64,000 nucleotides of DNA. It comes from an uncultured delta proteobacterium (GTDB lineage: Bacteria > Desulfobacterota > Desulfobacteria > Desulfobacterales > B30-G6). The position numbers were made by a program, and so were the translations under genes. This document shows, piece after piece, positions 21,212 to 31,233 of this stretch; the stretch's first letter is position 1; each line of letters begins with the position of its first letter. The DNA is taken from assembly GCA_963823335.1 (NCBI GenBank), contig CAWGLD010000001.1, forward strand, positions 64,001 to 128,000, in the 5' to 3' direction. The notes beneath the pieces were generated by a model, which was not told where the DNA came from, searched no databases, and saw nothing but the letters and a program-made list of their open reading frames with translations.

Positions 21212-21384
21212 CACATTGGCTTATTGAACACTTTAGCTATAGCGGCATCTCATCTGTCATTATTCTAATGATAGAACTGTTAAACCCACCACACAAGGAG
21301 GATATCAATCAATCTTCAATCGCTATCACCACTCTACGGATTCAACCGCTAATTTGATAGGAGGAAACCCTTTGGAGATAACAA

Positions 21385-21567
21385 ATGGGCGAAGATAGAC
21401 GTCTTCGTGCAGATCGCAGGATCGATGGGGATAGGCGATTTGGCACAAATCCTAAAGGATATTATGGCCCGGAAAGAAGAGCTGTCTTCGATCGCAGAAA
21501 CTATAACGACAGACGACAGAAGAAATACGCTATCGCATCGCCGATAACGCCTACTCATCAAAGGTAA
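21385..21567 (+). CDS. 60-aa DRR/ERR arginine-repeat micro-protein
   Basis: GGAG RBS; six (D/E)RR units including YYGPERR. Confidence 0.65.
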   Translation: MGEDRRLRADRRIDGDRRFGTNPKGYYGPERRAVFDRRNYNDRRQKKYAIASPITPTHQR

Positions 21568-21645
21568 AAAGAATTTCTGGAAAACTGTGATGTCATACTG
21601 CGGAGCGATATTCTAACTCACATTGCAGTTTAGTCAATTCAAGTA
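21556..21645. repeat. repeat family B, copy 1
   Basis: catcaa.ggt...ttctg.aaa..gtgat...gtcaattcaagta; 82 bp from catc to gtcaa as in the other two copies. Confidence 0.7.
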
Positions 21646-21659
21646 TAGACGGGGTCAGA

Positions 21660-21950
21660 TTATGCTTGGAATGGTTTTGAATAAAAAAGATTTTTCAGAT
21701 TCTGCCGTAATTTCTTACCATCAATGGCGAAACGGACACTCTCAGCCAAAGTAGTATTTCCAAAACATTCAAGCAGGTCTTTATCTGATGCGTCTACTTC
21801 TGACAAATTCAAACTTTGCCTAATGCGTTTGACGAGTTCTTTCTTTTTGGGGCTCAATGGTTTTCTCCTTCGAATTTGGTGATATATATCATATAGTTGC
21901 CGTGAAGTCAAGTTGCCACAATATAATGTGGTACAATTCCCAGCGCTCAA
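21660..21950 (-). CDS. hypothetical protein
   Basis: 96-aa ORF filling the space between repeat B1 and repeat R1. Confidence 0.5.
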   Translation of the reverse strand: MSAGNCTTLYCGNLTSRQLYDIYHQIRRRKPLSPKKKELVKRIRQSLNLSEVDASDKDLLECFGNTTLAESVRFAIDGKKLRQNLKNLFYSKPFQA

Positions 21951-21960
21951 CCGTGGATGA

Positions 21961-22131
21961 CTCCTACAAAACGGTAGATATCAAACCCCTGAAAATTTGC
22001 CGGTGTGCGATTATAATCACCACAGACCAAATCTTGAATTCATAAGCCCTGCCGTGCTACCTTGGTGATGGCCAGATGGTATCGGCAATATTGCCCTAAT
22101 TTCCAAAATGCCAAGTGTATCTCCATACATC
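21961..22131. repeat. 170-bp repeat R1 (171 bp, divergent right arm)
   Basis: ccggtgtgcgattataatcac, ccagatggtatc, atctccat anchors. Confidence 0.9.
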
Positions 22132-22236
22132 TTCAATCCTGATTCTTTATTTTAAGAGTTTACAACCCCGCTAATGGATAGTAGAAACCAGCAATTTTCA
22201 TCATGATTAGTCGTAGTCAATAAAAAGAAATTATAA

Positions 22237-22584
22237 GTGGCACTTATAAAATCATTTGCAATTAGATTAGCAAAGACCAAGTTTGGTCAAACCTCTCTGA
22301 CCAAATCCGAGAGCCTTCATATCTTGATGCCGAAACCGAGTATACGAGTTTATGTCGGTTTAGTCTTATTGGTGATGAGTTGTTTGATAAGTTTGCCGAC
22401 TCTGGCCTTATTGGGATATTTGTCATTGAACATGAGCAAACCGATAATTATCGCAGTTGGTGGCCCCGTTGTTTTTATTTCAGTACATATCATGTTCGGG
22501 TTGGGAGTATATTTAACCGGGCAGAACTACGCTATAGAGCTTCTGCATTGGGCTACCAAGCGATTTCTGAAAAAATACGTGTGA
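22237..22584 (+). CDS. hypothetical membrane protein
   Basis: 115 aa, two TM segments. Confidence 0.65.
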   Translation: MALIKSFAIRLAKTKFGQTSLTKSESLHILMPKPSIRVYVGLVLLVMSCLISLPTLALLGYLSLNMSKPIIIAVGGPVVFISVHIMFGLGVYLTGQNYAIELLHWATKRFLKKYV

Positions 22585-22677
22585 CTGAGTTTTGACAGGA
22601 TCTGATTCGATTTGATAGGTTTAATGGACCAACAAAGATCTCAACACTATGAAATGAAAGAGAGCATCGTGTATTAA

Positions 22678-22749
22678 GTGGTATTGTGGGGATGTCCAAA
22701 GCGTATCTGACAAAAATCAAGCTTCTCGGATAGTTGGTCTCCATTAATC
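22678..22749. repeat. partial, degenerate right half of the 170-bp repeat
   Basis: gtatctgacaa...tcggatagttgg(..)tctccat matches the R2/R10 right-arm type. Confidence 0.65.
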
Positions 22750-23172
22750 ACCAGGGTGATATTTGGTTTGATTGCATGCATCCTCCTTCTGGGGTTACGC
22801 ACCAATAAAAGGTGGTGAACAAATAGGTCGTATTTGGGGATGCATGCGCATCGCTTATGCATCAGTAAAGGGCTAAATTTAAGTCAAGACGCAGATCCCG
22901 TAGTGGCATCAGACCGCTCGAGGCGACTTTCTATTATTCGTTTGCAGATAACAAGCAGCTGGTAAGGATGTGTAAAAACCACGCACACCAAAGCAGCGGC
23001 GTTATGGATACCAAGGGAAAACAATTGACAATGTCGCCAATAGAGCATTATAAATCATCCTCTTATTTTAGGGCAACCCATATTTACCCTCTGTTTTATT
23101 TGAAATATAAAGGACGGTTTTTTATGGACAAGGTTTTTCAATCCAAAATTTCAATGAATGTGAAATGAAGCG

Positions 23173-23922
23173 ATGATTTTTTTTAAAAGGCTGTATTCTC
23201 TATGCGATAAAGGCCTAAAAAAATTGGCGTATCTTATAAAGGAACGCCTGAATATGATAGAGGTGAAAATCCTGTTGATCGGGCTTGTTTTGATGGCACT
23301 AACTGGGATCTATTTTCTATATCTTCTCTTTACAGACTTCGGCCTCTACAAAGTGCTGTCTTCAACCGCCGCCATCCATATCATGGGGGGAAGGGCCTTG
23401 GGAATTGTCACCTGTCTTTCTGCAGACATTTCCCTATTTTATACGATTTTATACAATTTTTATCTTGAAGTCGTCATTGTTCTGATTGCATATGGTATAG
23501 TGGTCCTGGTAATGCGAAACATCATCCAGCCAAAGCTCTTTAAAAGTGCTGTCCGACAGGCGGAACTCAACGCCCAGAGCCAGAAGACCAAGATCAAAAA
23601 GTACGGTTCTATCGGGCTTTTCCTGTTTGTCATGTTCCCCTTTTTCATGACAGGACCGGTGATAGGGGCCATTATCGGGTACCTGCTAAACTACAGGCCG
23701 ATCAATAATTTTCTGATCGTGTTCAGCGGAACCCTGGCTTCTATTATGATCTATGCCCTTCTCGGCAACAATATCATCAACTTTATCAACCAGTACATTC
23801 ATATTGACGTGCTGAAAAAATGGGGTGGGATCATCATTGCTGTGCTGATCGTGATATTTTTTATCTACCACTTAAAAACCGTTAAAGCCTTTCTTTATTC
23901 TGATGCCGATGACGAAGGATGA
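23173..23922 (+). CDS. small multidrug export / COG2426-like membrane protein
   Basis: KKYGSIGLFLFVMFPFFMTGPVIGAIIG. Confidence 0.75.
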   Translation: MIFFKRLYSLCDKGLKKLAYLIKERLNMIEVKILLIGLVLMALTGIYFLYLLFTDFGLYKVLSSTAAIHIMGGRALGIVTCLSADISLFYTILYNFYLEVVIVLIAYGIVVLVMRNIIQPKLFKSAVRQAELNAQSQKTKIKKYGSIGLFLFVMFPFFMTGPVIGAIIGYLLNYRPINNFLIVFSGTLASIMIYALLGNNIINFINQYIHIDVLKKWGGIIIAVLIVIFFIYHLKTVKAFLYSDADDEG

Positions 23923-24016
23923 TGTTCAAAGGCCCCGGCATCCCGATCTGGAGAAAATCATAGTACGTGGTGACAAGGCTTGTGCCGGCCATTTTTTCGA
24001 CCATACCATGCAAAAA

Positions 24017-24068
24017 TTGAAGAACCTCGCAGCAAGCTACGGGGAATGCGCTCGCTGTTGCGGTTCAA
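24017..24068 (+). mobile_element. TTGAA/TTCAA miniature element, short form
   Basis: ttgaagaacctcgcagcaagctacggggaatgcgctcgctgttgcggttcaa; one mismatch to 57585-57636. Confidence 0.85.
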
Positions 24069-24317
24069 ATAGTACACTCCTTTATTCTCCCCGTAACGAG
24101 ATTGATGATTTGCTGAGACCGCTTGAAACGTCATCATCTACCTGTTTTATCTATATAATTTAGAGAAAGGAGGTAGAAATGACTCTCACACAAGATGAAT
24201 TGGCAGTAGATATCGGTAATAATTTAGTTGAGTATGATAACTGGACATCTCCATATATCACCATTGTTCATCATTATCCAATCTTGATAAGATGATAAGA
24301 CATTTTTTAGAATATGG

Positions 24318-24347
24318 TTGACAATTATTATTCCGATCCGATAGTAT
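24318..24347 (+). promoter_or_regulatory. sigma70-type promoter before riboswitch 1
   Basis: TTGACA-18 bp-TAGTAT. Confidence 0.5.
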
Positions 24348-24364
24348 AGTACTAACATATAAAT

Positions 24365-24446
24365 CAAGTGGGCAAACCTGTTGAAAGGTGGGGACGCAAA
24401 GCCACGGGTCTAAAGCGTAAATGCTATGACAGCCGGGCTGCTGAAA
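24365..24446 (+). promoter_or_regulatory. c-di-GMP-I (GEMM) riboswitch 1
   Basis: GGGCAAAC...GAAA...GACGCAAAGCCACGGGTCTAA...ATGACAGCCGGGCTGC. Confidence 0.92.
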
Positions 24447-24454
24447 ATAACCGT

Positions 24455-24495
24455 TAAAGCCTTTGGGAGTGTCTGCCCTGAGGTTTTTTGTTTTT
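24455..24495 (+). terminator. putative intrinsic terminator after riboswitch 1
   Basis: aagcctttggg...ccctgaggtt followed by T-run. Confidence 0.55.
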
Positions 24496-24601
24496 ATGTT
24501 CAACTCTTTTTTTTGATATTATAACAGGTCAAAAAGGCAATAGTTTTAGCTTCAATACCATGAGTATAAATGTCAAATTAATAACCTGAATAATGCCTTT
24601 A

Positions 24602-24704
24602 TAGGGGTTGTCAGAAAAACGTTCCGATTGAGGACCTTTTTTCTGCTACAACCCCTTATGCCGCCATCCTATTTTCGGAACATTATTATGACGAGCGGTA
24701 TAAA
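24602..24704. repeat. 103-bp double-hairpin intergenic repeat, copy 2
   Basis: near-identical to 4321-4423. Confidence 0.9.
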
Positions 24705-24821
24705 ATTTTAGTGCTCATTTTGTAACATATTTTTAATTTCATGACAGGAACTTGGGCTAATATTCCAGCCCTGTCTTTGTCGGGACACATCCAATATTAA
24801 TATTCTGGTATTGGACTCTAT

Positions 24822-24910
24822 TTAGTGAAAGGGCAAACTCACTGAAAGGTGGGGGCGCAAAGCCACGGGTCTAAGGCTTTAGAGCTATGACAGCCGGGTT
24901 GCCAACTAAG
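24822..24910 (+). promoter_or_regulatory. c-di-GMP-I (GEMM) riboswitch 2
   Basis: GGGCAAACTCACTGAAAGGTGGGGGCGCAAAGCCACGGGTCTAA...ATGACAGCCGGGTTGCC. Confidence 0.92.
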
Positions 24911-25011
24911 TGCAGAACTCATCTGTCCTGCAACAATAGATGCGTTGCCTTAGCTATTAATAGGCGCCTTTCTCTTTATAAATATCCAATGCAAAGAGGA
25001 AGGCGCCTATT

Positions 25012-26751
25012 ATGTTTATCAATCCAAATACTATTCTATTTAAAAATAAGTTTCTGTTTGCTTTCTTAACGCTATCTTTATTATTTTTGGATATACCTGA
25101 CGTTTCAGCTACGACCCAAGCTTCGTTCATGTGGGATCCAAACCCCGAACCGGACGTGGCCGGCTACAGAATATTTTGCCGAGAACAAAGCCAATCCTAT
25201 GATTATACAAATCCATCTTGGGAAGGGACAGAAACATACAGCACAATTTACGATTTTGATGAAAGCAAAACATATTTTTTAGTTGTAAGAGCGTTCGATA
25301 CGGAAGGTTTCGAGAGTGGCGATTCCAACGAGGTTTGCTTAGAGCCTTTGAATGGACATAATGAAGTACCGACTGCTGATGCCGGTCCAGATCAGACTGT
25401 TGAAGAAGGGCAGTCTGTCCTTTTGAATGGGTCGAATTCCACGGATACGGACGATGGTATCGAATTTTATCAATGGGTCCAAACAAATGGACCGATCGTA
25501 ACCCTTTCTGATTCCGATGTACAACAACCAAGCTTTACAGCGCCGGATGTTAGTAGTGAAGGCGCTGCGCTGACCTTTGAACTTACGGTTGTAGACTTCA
25601 GTGGCACCCAAGCAAAGGATGTTTGTACCGTTAACGTAACATGGCAAAATGAGCCGCCAACTGCAAATGCCGGCAATGACCAAACCGTTGATGAAGGCAC
25701 TACCGTTCTTCTTGATGGATCTTCTTCTCTGGATATTGACGACGGGATTGCTGCCTATCTGTGGACCCAGATTGGAGGCCCGACGGTAACCCTCTTTAAT
25801 CCTGAAACCCTTAATCCGACGTTTACTGCACCGAATGTTAATTCGGATGGTCTTTCCCTTGCCTTCGGTCTTAAGGTGACCGATGCTGGAGGACTGCAAA
25901 GTGCTGACTCATGTATTGTCAATGTCAGCTGGCAAAACGAATCACCAACTGCAATTATTTCTCCAGATTATCTGGAAACTACGCAGGAGACTTTAGTTAC
26001 ATTGGATGGCTCCGCCTCAACGGATTCTGATGATGGAATTGCCTCATATCTTTGGACCCAAATCGAGGGAGACCCTGTTTCATTGTCAACAGCAACATCT
26101 GCCGTTACGACCTTTACTGCGCCAAAAACAGAAGCATTTGAAAAAAATATAAAATTGAAATTGACAGTTACAGATCATCGCGGACTTAAGGCCACGGCAG
26201 ATAGCTCCATCTACATCATGCAGAATGAACCGCCGGCACTAAATTCTGTTACAATATCTGGCCCAGTCCAGGTTGATGAGATTTCTGGAGAACAGTATAT
26301 ACTTACAGCTAACTACAGTGACGGCAACAGCAGCGAGGTTACAGGCCTTGCAAACTGGAGTGATAATTCCAGTTATGCGAATATCAGCAGCGACGGATAT
26401 TTAGCTGCCAGTTCGGTGGCATCTGATCAATCATGCACGATAACGGCAAGTTATGAGGGAAAATCCGACTCACAGAATGTAATGATCACTGACATTCCTT
26501 CAAACAATTCACCTGTAGTCAATTTCAGCTTTGCAGCAAAGAGGAAAATAGTTGCTTTTAATGATCGTAGTATTGATAGTGATGGAACGATTGTGTCATG
26601 GTTTTGGGATTTTGGCGACGGTACGTATAATATTACACAAAATCCCGAGCACAGATATATCAAGTTTCGTAATTACTCAGTTACCCTCACTGTTACCGAT
26701 AATGGAGGGCTAAGTAATACTATATCAAAAACTGTATCTATCACTAAATAG
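25012..26751 (+). CDS. secreted FN3 / PKD-repeat surface protein
   Basis: signal peptide; WDPNPEPDVAGY; three ADAGxDQ/LDGSxS repeats; terminal PKD WDFGDG. Confidence 0.9.
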   Translation: MFINPNTILFKNKFLFAFLTLSLLFLDIPDVSATTQASFMWDPNPEPDVAGYRIFCREQSQSYDYTNPSWEGTETYSTIYDFDESKTYFLVVRAFDTEGFESGDSNEVCLEPLNGHNEVPTADAGPDQTVEEGQSVLLNGSNSTDTDDGIEFYQWVQTNGPIVTLSDSDVQQPSFTAPDVSSEGAALTFELTVVDFSGTQAKDVCTVNVTWQNEPPTANAGNDQTVDEGTTVLLDGSSSLDIDDGIAAYLWTQIGGPTVTLFNPETLNPTFTAPNVNSDGLSLAFGLKVTDAGGLQSADSCIVNVSWQNESPTAIISPDYLETTQETLVTLDGSASTDSDDGIASYLWTQIEGDPVSLSTATSAVTTFTAPKTEAFEKNIKLKLTVTDHRGLKATADSSIYIMQNEPPALNSVTISGPVQVDEISGEQYILTANYSDGNSSEVTGLANWSDNSSYANISSDGYLAASSVASDQSCTITASYEGKSDSQNVMITDIPSNNSPVVNFSFAAKRKIVAFNDRSIDSDGTIVSWFWDFGDGTYNITQNPEHRYIKFRNYSVTLTVTDNGGLSNTISKTVSITK

Positions 26752-26890
26752 AAATATAGAAATACAAATAGGACATTTATGTGGGGCCAGAAATAGCCTT
26801 GCTTTTTTTGTGGATTTCTCCAACCTATTCACACTTTTACAGGTGTTTGAAAACCTGTGATAACACCATGCCAGAGCATCTTCACCACAA

Positions 26891-27079
26891 TCAAGCATAA
26901 TATCCCATGAACTCTCCACACCGGTCATTGAAAAATTCCATCGCCTCATCAACGGTGTCAAAGATTATCCAATCATGCCGTATGGTCTTTTCACCCTGTT
27001 TGCGAATCCGTTCGATCTCAGTGTTCCCGAAATATTCAAAATGGTCATGATACTCTGTGTACAGCTCATGTTTCCGCAT
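26891..27079 (-). CDS. small hypothetical protein
   Basis: 62 aa, GGAGGG RBS upstream on the minus strand. Confidence 0.6.
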   Translation of the reverse strand: MRKHELYTEYHDHFEYFGNTEIERIRKQGEKTIRHDWIIFDTVDEAMEFFNDRCGEFMGYYA

Positions 27080-27234
27080 TTTGATGCCCTCCCTTTATTA
27101 AAAGAACGCCGTTTCATCATGTTTTGGAAGGCAGATTAACACATGCGTTTGACAGATCCGGTCACACTGTTGTAAATATTTTCAAATATTTTCCATCCGA
27201 CTCAAAGCGAACATTTCCCAAAGACAGGATCCCC

Positions 27235-27510
27235 ATGAACAAACTCGACCTCATCAAGACCCTCAACACCACCACTGATATTTCCAAAATTGAAGCAACA
27301 AAGATTGTAAACCTGTTTTTCGAACAGATGGCCACCGCACTCGAAAAGGGTGATCGGGTTGAAATCCGGGGATTGTGCTCTTTTTATACCAAGGAATATG
27401 AGGGGTACACCGGCCGGAATCCGAAAACTAGGGAAACGATCGAGATTGCGCCGAAGAGACTGCCGTTTTTTAAATGTGGGAAGGGGTTGAGGGAGCGGGT
27501 GGATAAATGA
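27235..27510 (+). CDS. ihfB: integration host factor beta-like (HU/IHF)
   Basis: MNKLDLI...GDRVEIRGLCSF...GRNPKT...PFFKCGK. Confidence 0.85.
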   Translation: MNKLDLIKTLNTTTDISKIEATKIVNLFFEQMATALEKGDRVEIRGLCSFYTKEYEGYTGRNPKTRETIEIAPKRLPFFKCGKGLRERVDK

Positions 27511-27659
27511 TGGCGGCTAAAATTATAGGCGTTATATTTGGCCCCTTGGCAGTGGGAATCTTTGCCTGGAAATTCAAAGAGATCCCACTGTGCCGACCGT
27601 GAATTATATTGCCTCTGGGTTTTGGCGTCGGGTACGCTGTTTATTGGGTATTAAAAAAA

Positions 27660-27778
27660 TTGAACCGCAATAGCGAGCGCATTCCCCGTAGCTTGCTGCG
27701 GGGTTAGCGAGCGAATCTAAATTAGACAGAATTCCTTACGGTCGAAGATTCCTCGCAGCTTGCTGCGAGGTTCTTCAA
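27660..27778 (-). mobile_element. TTGAA/TTCAA miniature element, long form
   Basis: reverse-complement match to 62330-62472. Confidence 0.85.
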
Positions 27779-28058
27779 TTCAGCGATGATTTTGTGAGGA
27801 TCATCCCGGATCACCACCAGTTCGATTTGGGTCTGAGAAAAATTGATAAAAAGGATATTGAGCAAGCAAAGACCTTTCTCAATAGAATGAATTTTGACAA
27901 TCGTTTTGAAATAAGAGATGTCTAATAATAGTATGAAGATGAACGGACTTTCACTCAATATGGTGTAGTCTCAATTTTTATGACGGGATGGTTCGACTTG
28001 GCACTCCGATTGCGTGTCGAATGACCAAATATTTTTTTGGGCAAAAGGAGAATGACGG

Positions 28059-29279
28059 ATGCGTACGATTTATTTTGAGAAAAGTATTCCTAAAATACTG
28101 CTTTCCAAAGTTCTGCAGCCGATTTGGCCGGCGGTGGTTTATTCGCGCTTATCCCCCACCCGCTTCACGGATGTACCAGAGACACCTTTGCCCGGCCCCA
28201 GTTGGGTAAGAATGCGCAATCAGTTGTGCGGCATCTGTGCCAGTGACCTGCACCTGCTCTTCGTCAATGCCGATCCAAGGATAAGCCCCGCTGCTCTTCC
28301 AGGCACCGAACGCATATACCTGGGTCACGAGGTGCTTAGCGAAGTGACTGAGGTGGGGACGGGTGTGACCACTCTGAAGGTAGGAGACCGCGTGATTTTA
28401 GACCACCCGGAAACCAACTGCCTAAACCAGGAGATCAAGCCGCTTTGTCGCCACTGCCGCGAAGGTAATCCCACACTTTGTGAAAATTCCTCTCTAGGGT
28501 TAAGCCTCGGAGGTATGGGCGGCGGCTGGGGGGACGGCTTCACCGCCCATGAAACCGGAGTCCATAAAGTGCCAGATGAGTTGGATGACGAGACCGCTAT
28601 GATGCTCGAGCCACTTTCAGTGGGTGTGCGTGCTGCGCTGCGCTGTTTGCCTGAGCCGGACCAGGGCGTTTTGGTGGTAGGCAGCGGCATGATAGGCCTT
28701 GCGGTTATCGAGGCCGTTCGAGCTCTTTCCCCTGACTGTCACATCGCCGCGATGGCCCGCTACCCCCAGCAAGTCGAGATGGCCCGAAAGCTCGGCGCTG
28801 ATGAAGTCATCATGCAAGAAGATCCCTATATAGCATCCGCCCGCATTACTTCCGGCAAGCTTTACACTGGCAAATTCAAAAACCGTATGATCCTGGGTGG
28901 CTTCGATGTGGTCTATGATTGCGTAGGTTCAGAGAAGACAGTTAAAGACAGTCTTCGCTGGACCCGGGCCGGTGGCACCGTGGTGCTGGCCGGTGTCAGC
29001 TTGAAACCCATGCATGTAGATCTAACCCCTATCTGGTATCAGGAAGTCGGACTGATCGGCCTGTATGCTCACGGCATGGAGAATTGGAATGGGGTTAGGC
29101 AATCCACCTATGACCTAACGACGGACTTGCTGTTGAAAAAGAAACTTTTCATCGATGGATTGATCACCCATCGCTTCCCGTTAGAGCAATGGCGCATGGC
29201 TGCTCGTACGGCAAAAGACAAACGCAGCGGCGCCATCAAGGTAATTTTGGACTTTCGCGATACAAGGTTACAGCATTGA
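28059..29279 (+). CDS. Zn-dependent MDR alcohol dehydrogenase
   Basis: CGICASD, GHE, CRHC, GSGMIG. Confidence 0.92.
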   Translation: MRTIYFEKSIPKILLSKVLQPIWPAVVYSRLSPTRFTDVPETPLPGPSWVRMRNQLCGICASDLHLLFVNADPRISPAALPGTERIYLGHEVLSEVTEVGTGVTTLKVGDRVILDHPETNCLNQEIKPLCRHCREGNPTLCENSSLGLSLGGMGGGWGDGFTAHETGVHKVPDELDDETAMMLEPLSVGVRAALRCLPEPDQGVLVVGSGMIGLAVIEAVRALSPDCHIAAMARYPQQVEMARKLGADEVIMQEDPYIASARITSGKLYTGKFKNRMILGGFDVVYDCVGSEKTVKDSLRWTRAGGTVVLAGVSLKPMHVDLTPIWYQEVGLIGLYAHGMENWNGVRQSTYDLTTDLLLKKKLFIDGLITHRFPLEQWRMAARTAKDKRSGAIKVILDFRDTRLQH

Positions 29280-29482
29280 TTTTATTATGATCTTTTGAAT
29301 GCCCCGTCTACTTGCGGTGGGGAGATTCATTTCCAATAAGTAACAAAAAAGAATTGATATAAGCGTGCAGACGTTGATCCATGTATCACTGCTTGATTCC
29401 TCACTGGGATAATGGCAAATGTTATGTAATCAGGTATTAGACCATGGGAAATAAACCTTTGAAGGTATGAGGGCTATCAGTT

Positions 29483-29620
29483 ATGAGCGATACACATGAT
29501 TTAAGCACATATCTTGAACCTACCTATTTTATTGATAGCGACTCACCGACAATAATAGAATATGCAGGCGGGATCTGCCGTGGGATTTACTCTAATATAG
29601 ATAGAGCTATTGCTTTATGA
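29483..29620 (+). pseudogene. truncated transglutaminase-family N-terminus
   Basis: YLEPTYFIDSDSPTIIEYA...RAIAL then stop. Confidence 0.55.
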
Positions 29621-30002
29621 CACTATATATGGAGCGTTGAGGCGATATTATCCTAAAATCTTTGCACTGAATGTAAACATGGATGCCGAAACATTTTAAT
29701 CATGTATCAATTTCATAACTCTCTCTAATCACATAATTTTCATGTTATATCATCTTCAAATCCTATTCCAAAAGGTGATCTAATGCCCTCAGACCAAGAT
29801 AAAGTCAGATGACCACAAGTATTTCTTTATTGAATTATACGCAGATAGGAATGACAATATTTGTATCCATGTTGACAAAAAATGTCATTGTCTCTTTAAC
29901 ATGATCTGGCTAACCAAATAATATATTGAATTTAAACGATATATTTATTTATACAAGTTTGCATGATCTTTGCAAAGATTTATTCATTGTAATTTAAATA
30001 CA

Positions 30003-30087
30003 GTTGAAAATGGCAAAACCGCCGAAAGTCGGTGACGCAAAACTACGGGTCTAAAGCTTTGATGCCACGATCGCCGGGTTACCAACG
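30003..30087 (+). promoter_or_regulatory. c-di-GMP-I (GEMM) riboswitch 3
   Basis: GGCAAAACCGCCGAAAGTCGGTGACGCAAAACTACGGGTCTAA...ACGATCGCCGGGTTACC. Confidence 0.9.
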
Positions 30088-30096
30088 AGACTATGA

Positions 30097-30128
30097 CGCC
30101 TCTTGGTTGGCATGCGGGAGGCGTTTTT
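30097..30128 (+). terminator. intrinsic terminator after riboswitch 3
   Basis: acgcctc...gaggcgt followed by T-run. Confidence 0.7.
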
Positions 30129-30184
30129 ATTTATCCGAAACTATGAACTTGCTTAATCGAATGAACTAAAAGGAGGCAACAATC

Positions 30185-30505
30185 ATGAAAAACACAATAT
30201 TAATCAATTTTCTTGTTATCTTTTTTTCTGCTTTGCTTTATCAACCAACATTTGGATTTGGTGATACAATTCACATAGACGCTGAAGGCAATACCATTGA
30301 TAAAGCAACGTATGAACTGATTGCATCGAAAAGAGAAAACATTTTAGGCATAAAATTAAGAAATGGTTATAATTTAAAATCTAATGCCTGGAAAGATCCT
30401 ATCAAATTAAGAAAAATAAGAATTGAACAGTGGAAAAACATGCGAGCGATGTACAATCCTGACTCGCTGCCCTCGATAATAGAACACAAGGCGGTAACCC
30501 GTTAA
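30185..30505 (+). CDS. secreted hypothetical protein
   Basis: AGGAGG RBS, signal peptide. Confidence 0.7.
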   Translation: MKNTILINFLVIFFSALLYQPTFGFGDTIHIDAEGNTIDKATYELIASKRENILGIKLRNGYNLKSNAWKDPIKLRKIRIEQWKNMRAMYNPDSLPSIIEHKAVTR

Positions 30506-30724
30506 TATATGCAGGCGGTATAAAAAATAAGATTAACGCCTTTCATCAGGTTCATCAGTGTAAGAGGGTTATGGCAACAGGGGGCGGTCAACCCGCTTAA
30601 CTGAAAAGGAGATGGCATGTTCAAGCACAATAATAATGCACTAGTCGCAAAAGATAAAAACAACACAACCCGCTCGGAAGTGAAACCCGAGAAAACATTG
30701 GTTCAACTGGTAAGGGAGTGTGTA

Positions 30725-31165
30725 ATGAAACTGTCTAAAATCAATTTGAGTGTTTTGATAGTACTATTAGCTTTTGTATCGGTATCCGTAGCAGGTGATT
30801 TTGACTGGATGAAAGATTTTAGTATCAAAGCTGAAGCAGATCCTTCAGGCTTTAAAGCAAGACTTTCTTCACGCTTTAAAATAGGGAATGCGGAAATCAA
30901 TGCCGTACTCAGCAATGTTGATAATTCTGCTGACGCTTACATGATACTTCGTTTTGGGGAAATGTCGGGTCAACCTACACAAAATATCATTAGAAAATAC
31001 AAATCTGGAAAAGGCAAAGGTTGGGGGGTGCTTGCGAAAAGTTTAGGTATTAAACCTGGCTCAAAAGAGTTCAAAGCACTCAAAAATGGTGAAGAATTTA
31101 AAGAAAAACGATATACTGATAAAATAAAAAATAAAGAGAAAAAGGGAAATAATAAAAGAGGCTAA
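30725..31165 (+). CDS. secreted hypothetical protein
   Basis: signal peptide from the second ATG; GKGWGVLAKSLGIKPGS. Confidence 0.75.
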   Translation: MKLSKINLSVLIVLLAFVSVSVAGDFDWMKDFSIKAEADPSGFKARLSSRFKIGNAEINAVLSNVDNSADAYMILRFGEMSGQPTQNIIRKYKSGKGKGWGVLAKSLGIKPGSKEFKALKNGEEFKEKRYTDKIKNKEKKGNNKRG

Positions 31166-31233
31166 AAATTATTTTATAGCTCTGTTATAGATTTTTTACT
31201 ATAAAATAAATTAGCTATAATTTAGGGGGTCAT

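Noticed and set aside
26945-26958. 14-bp match ctcatcaacggtgt to repeat family B
   Set aside because: Lies inside a plausible small CDS and similarity does not extend; likely chance.
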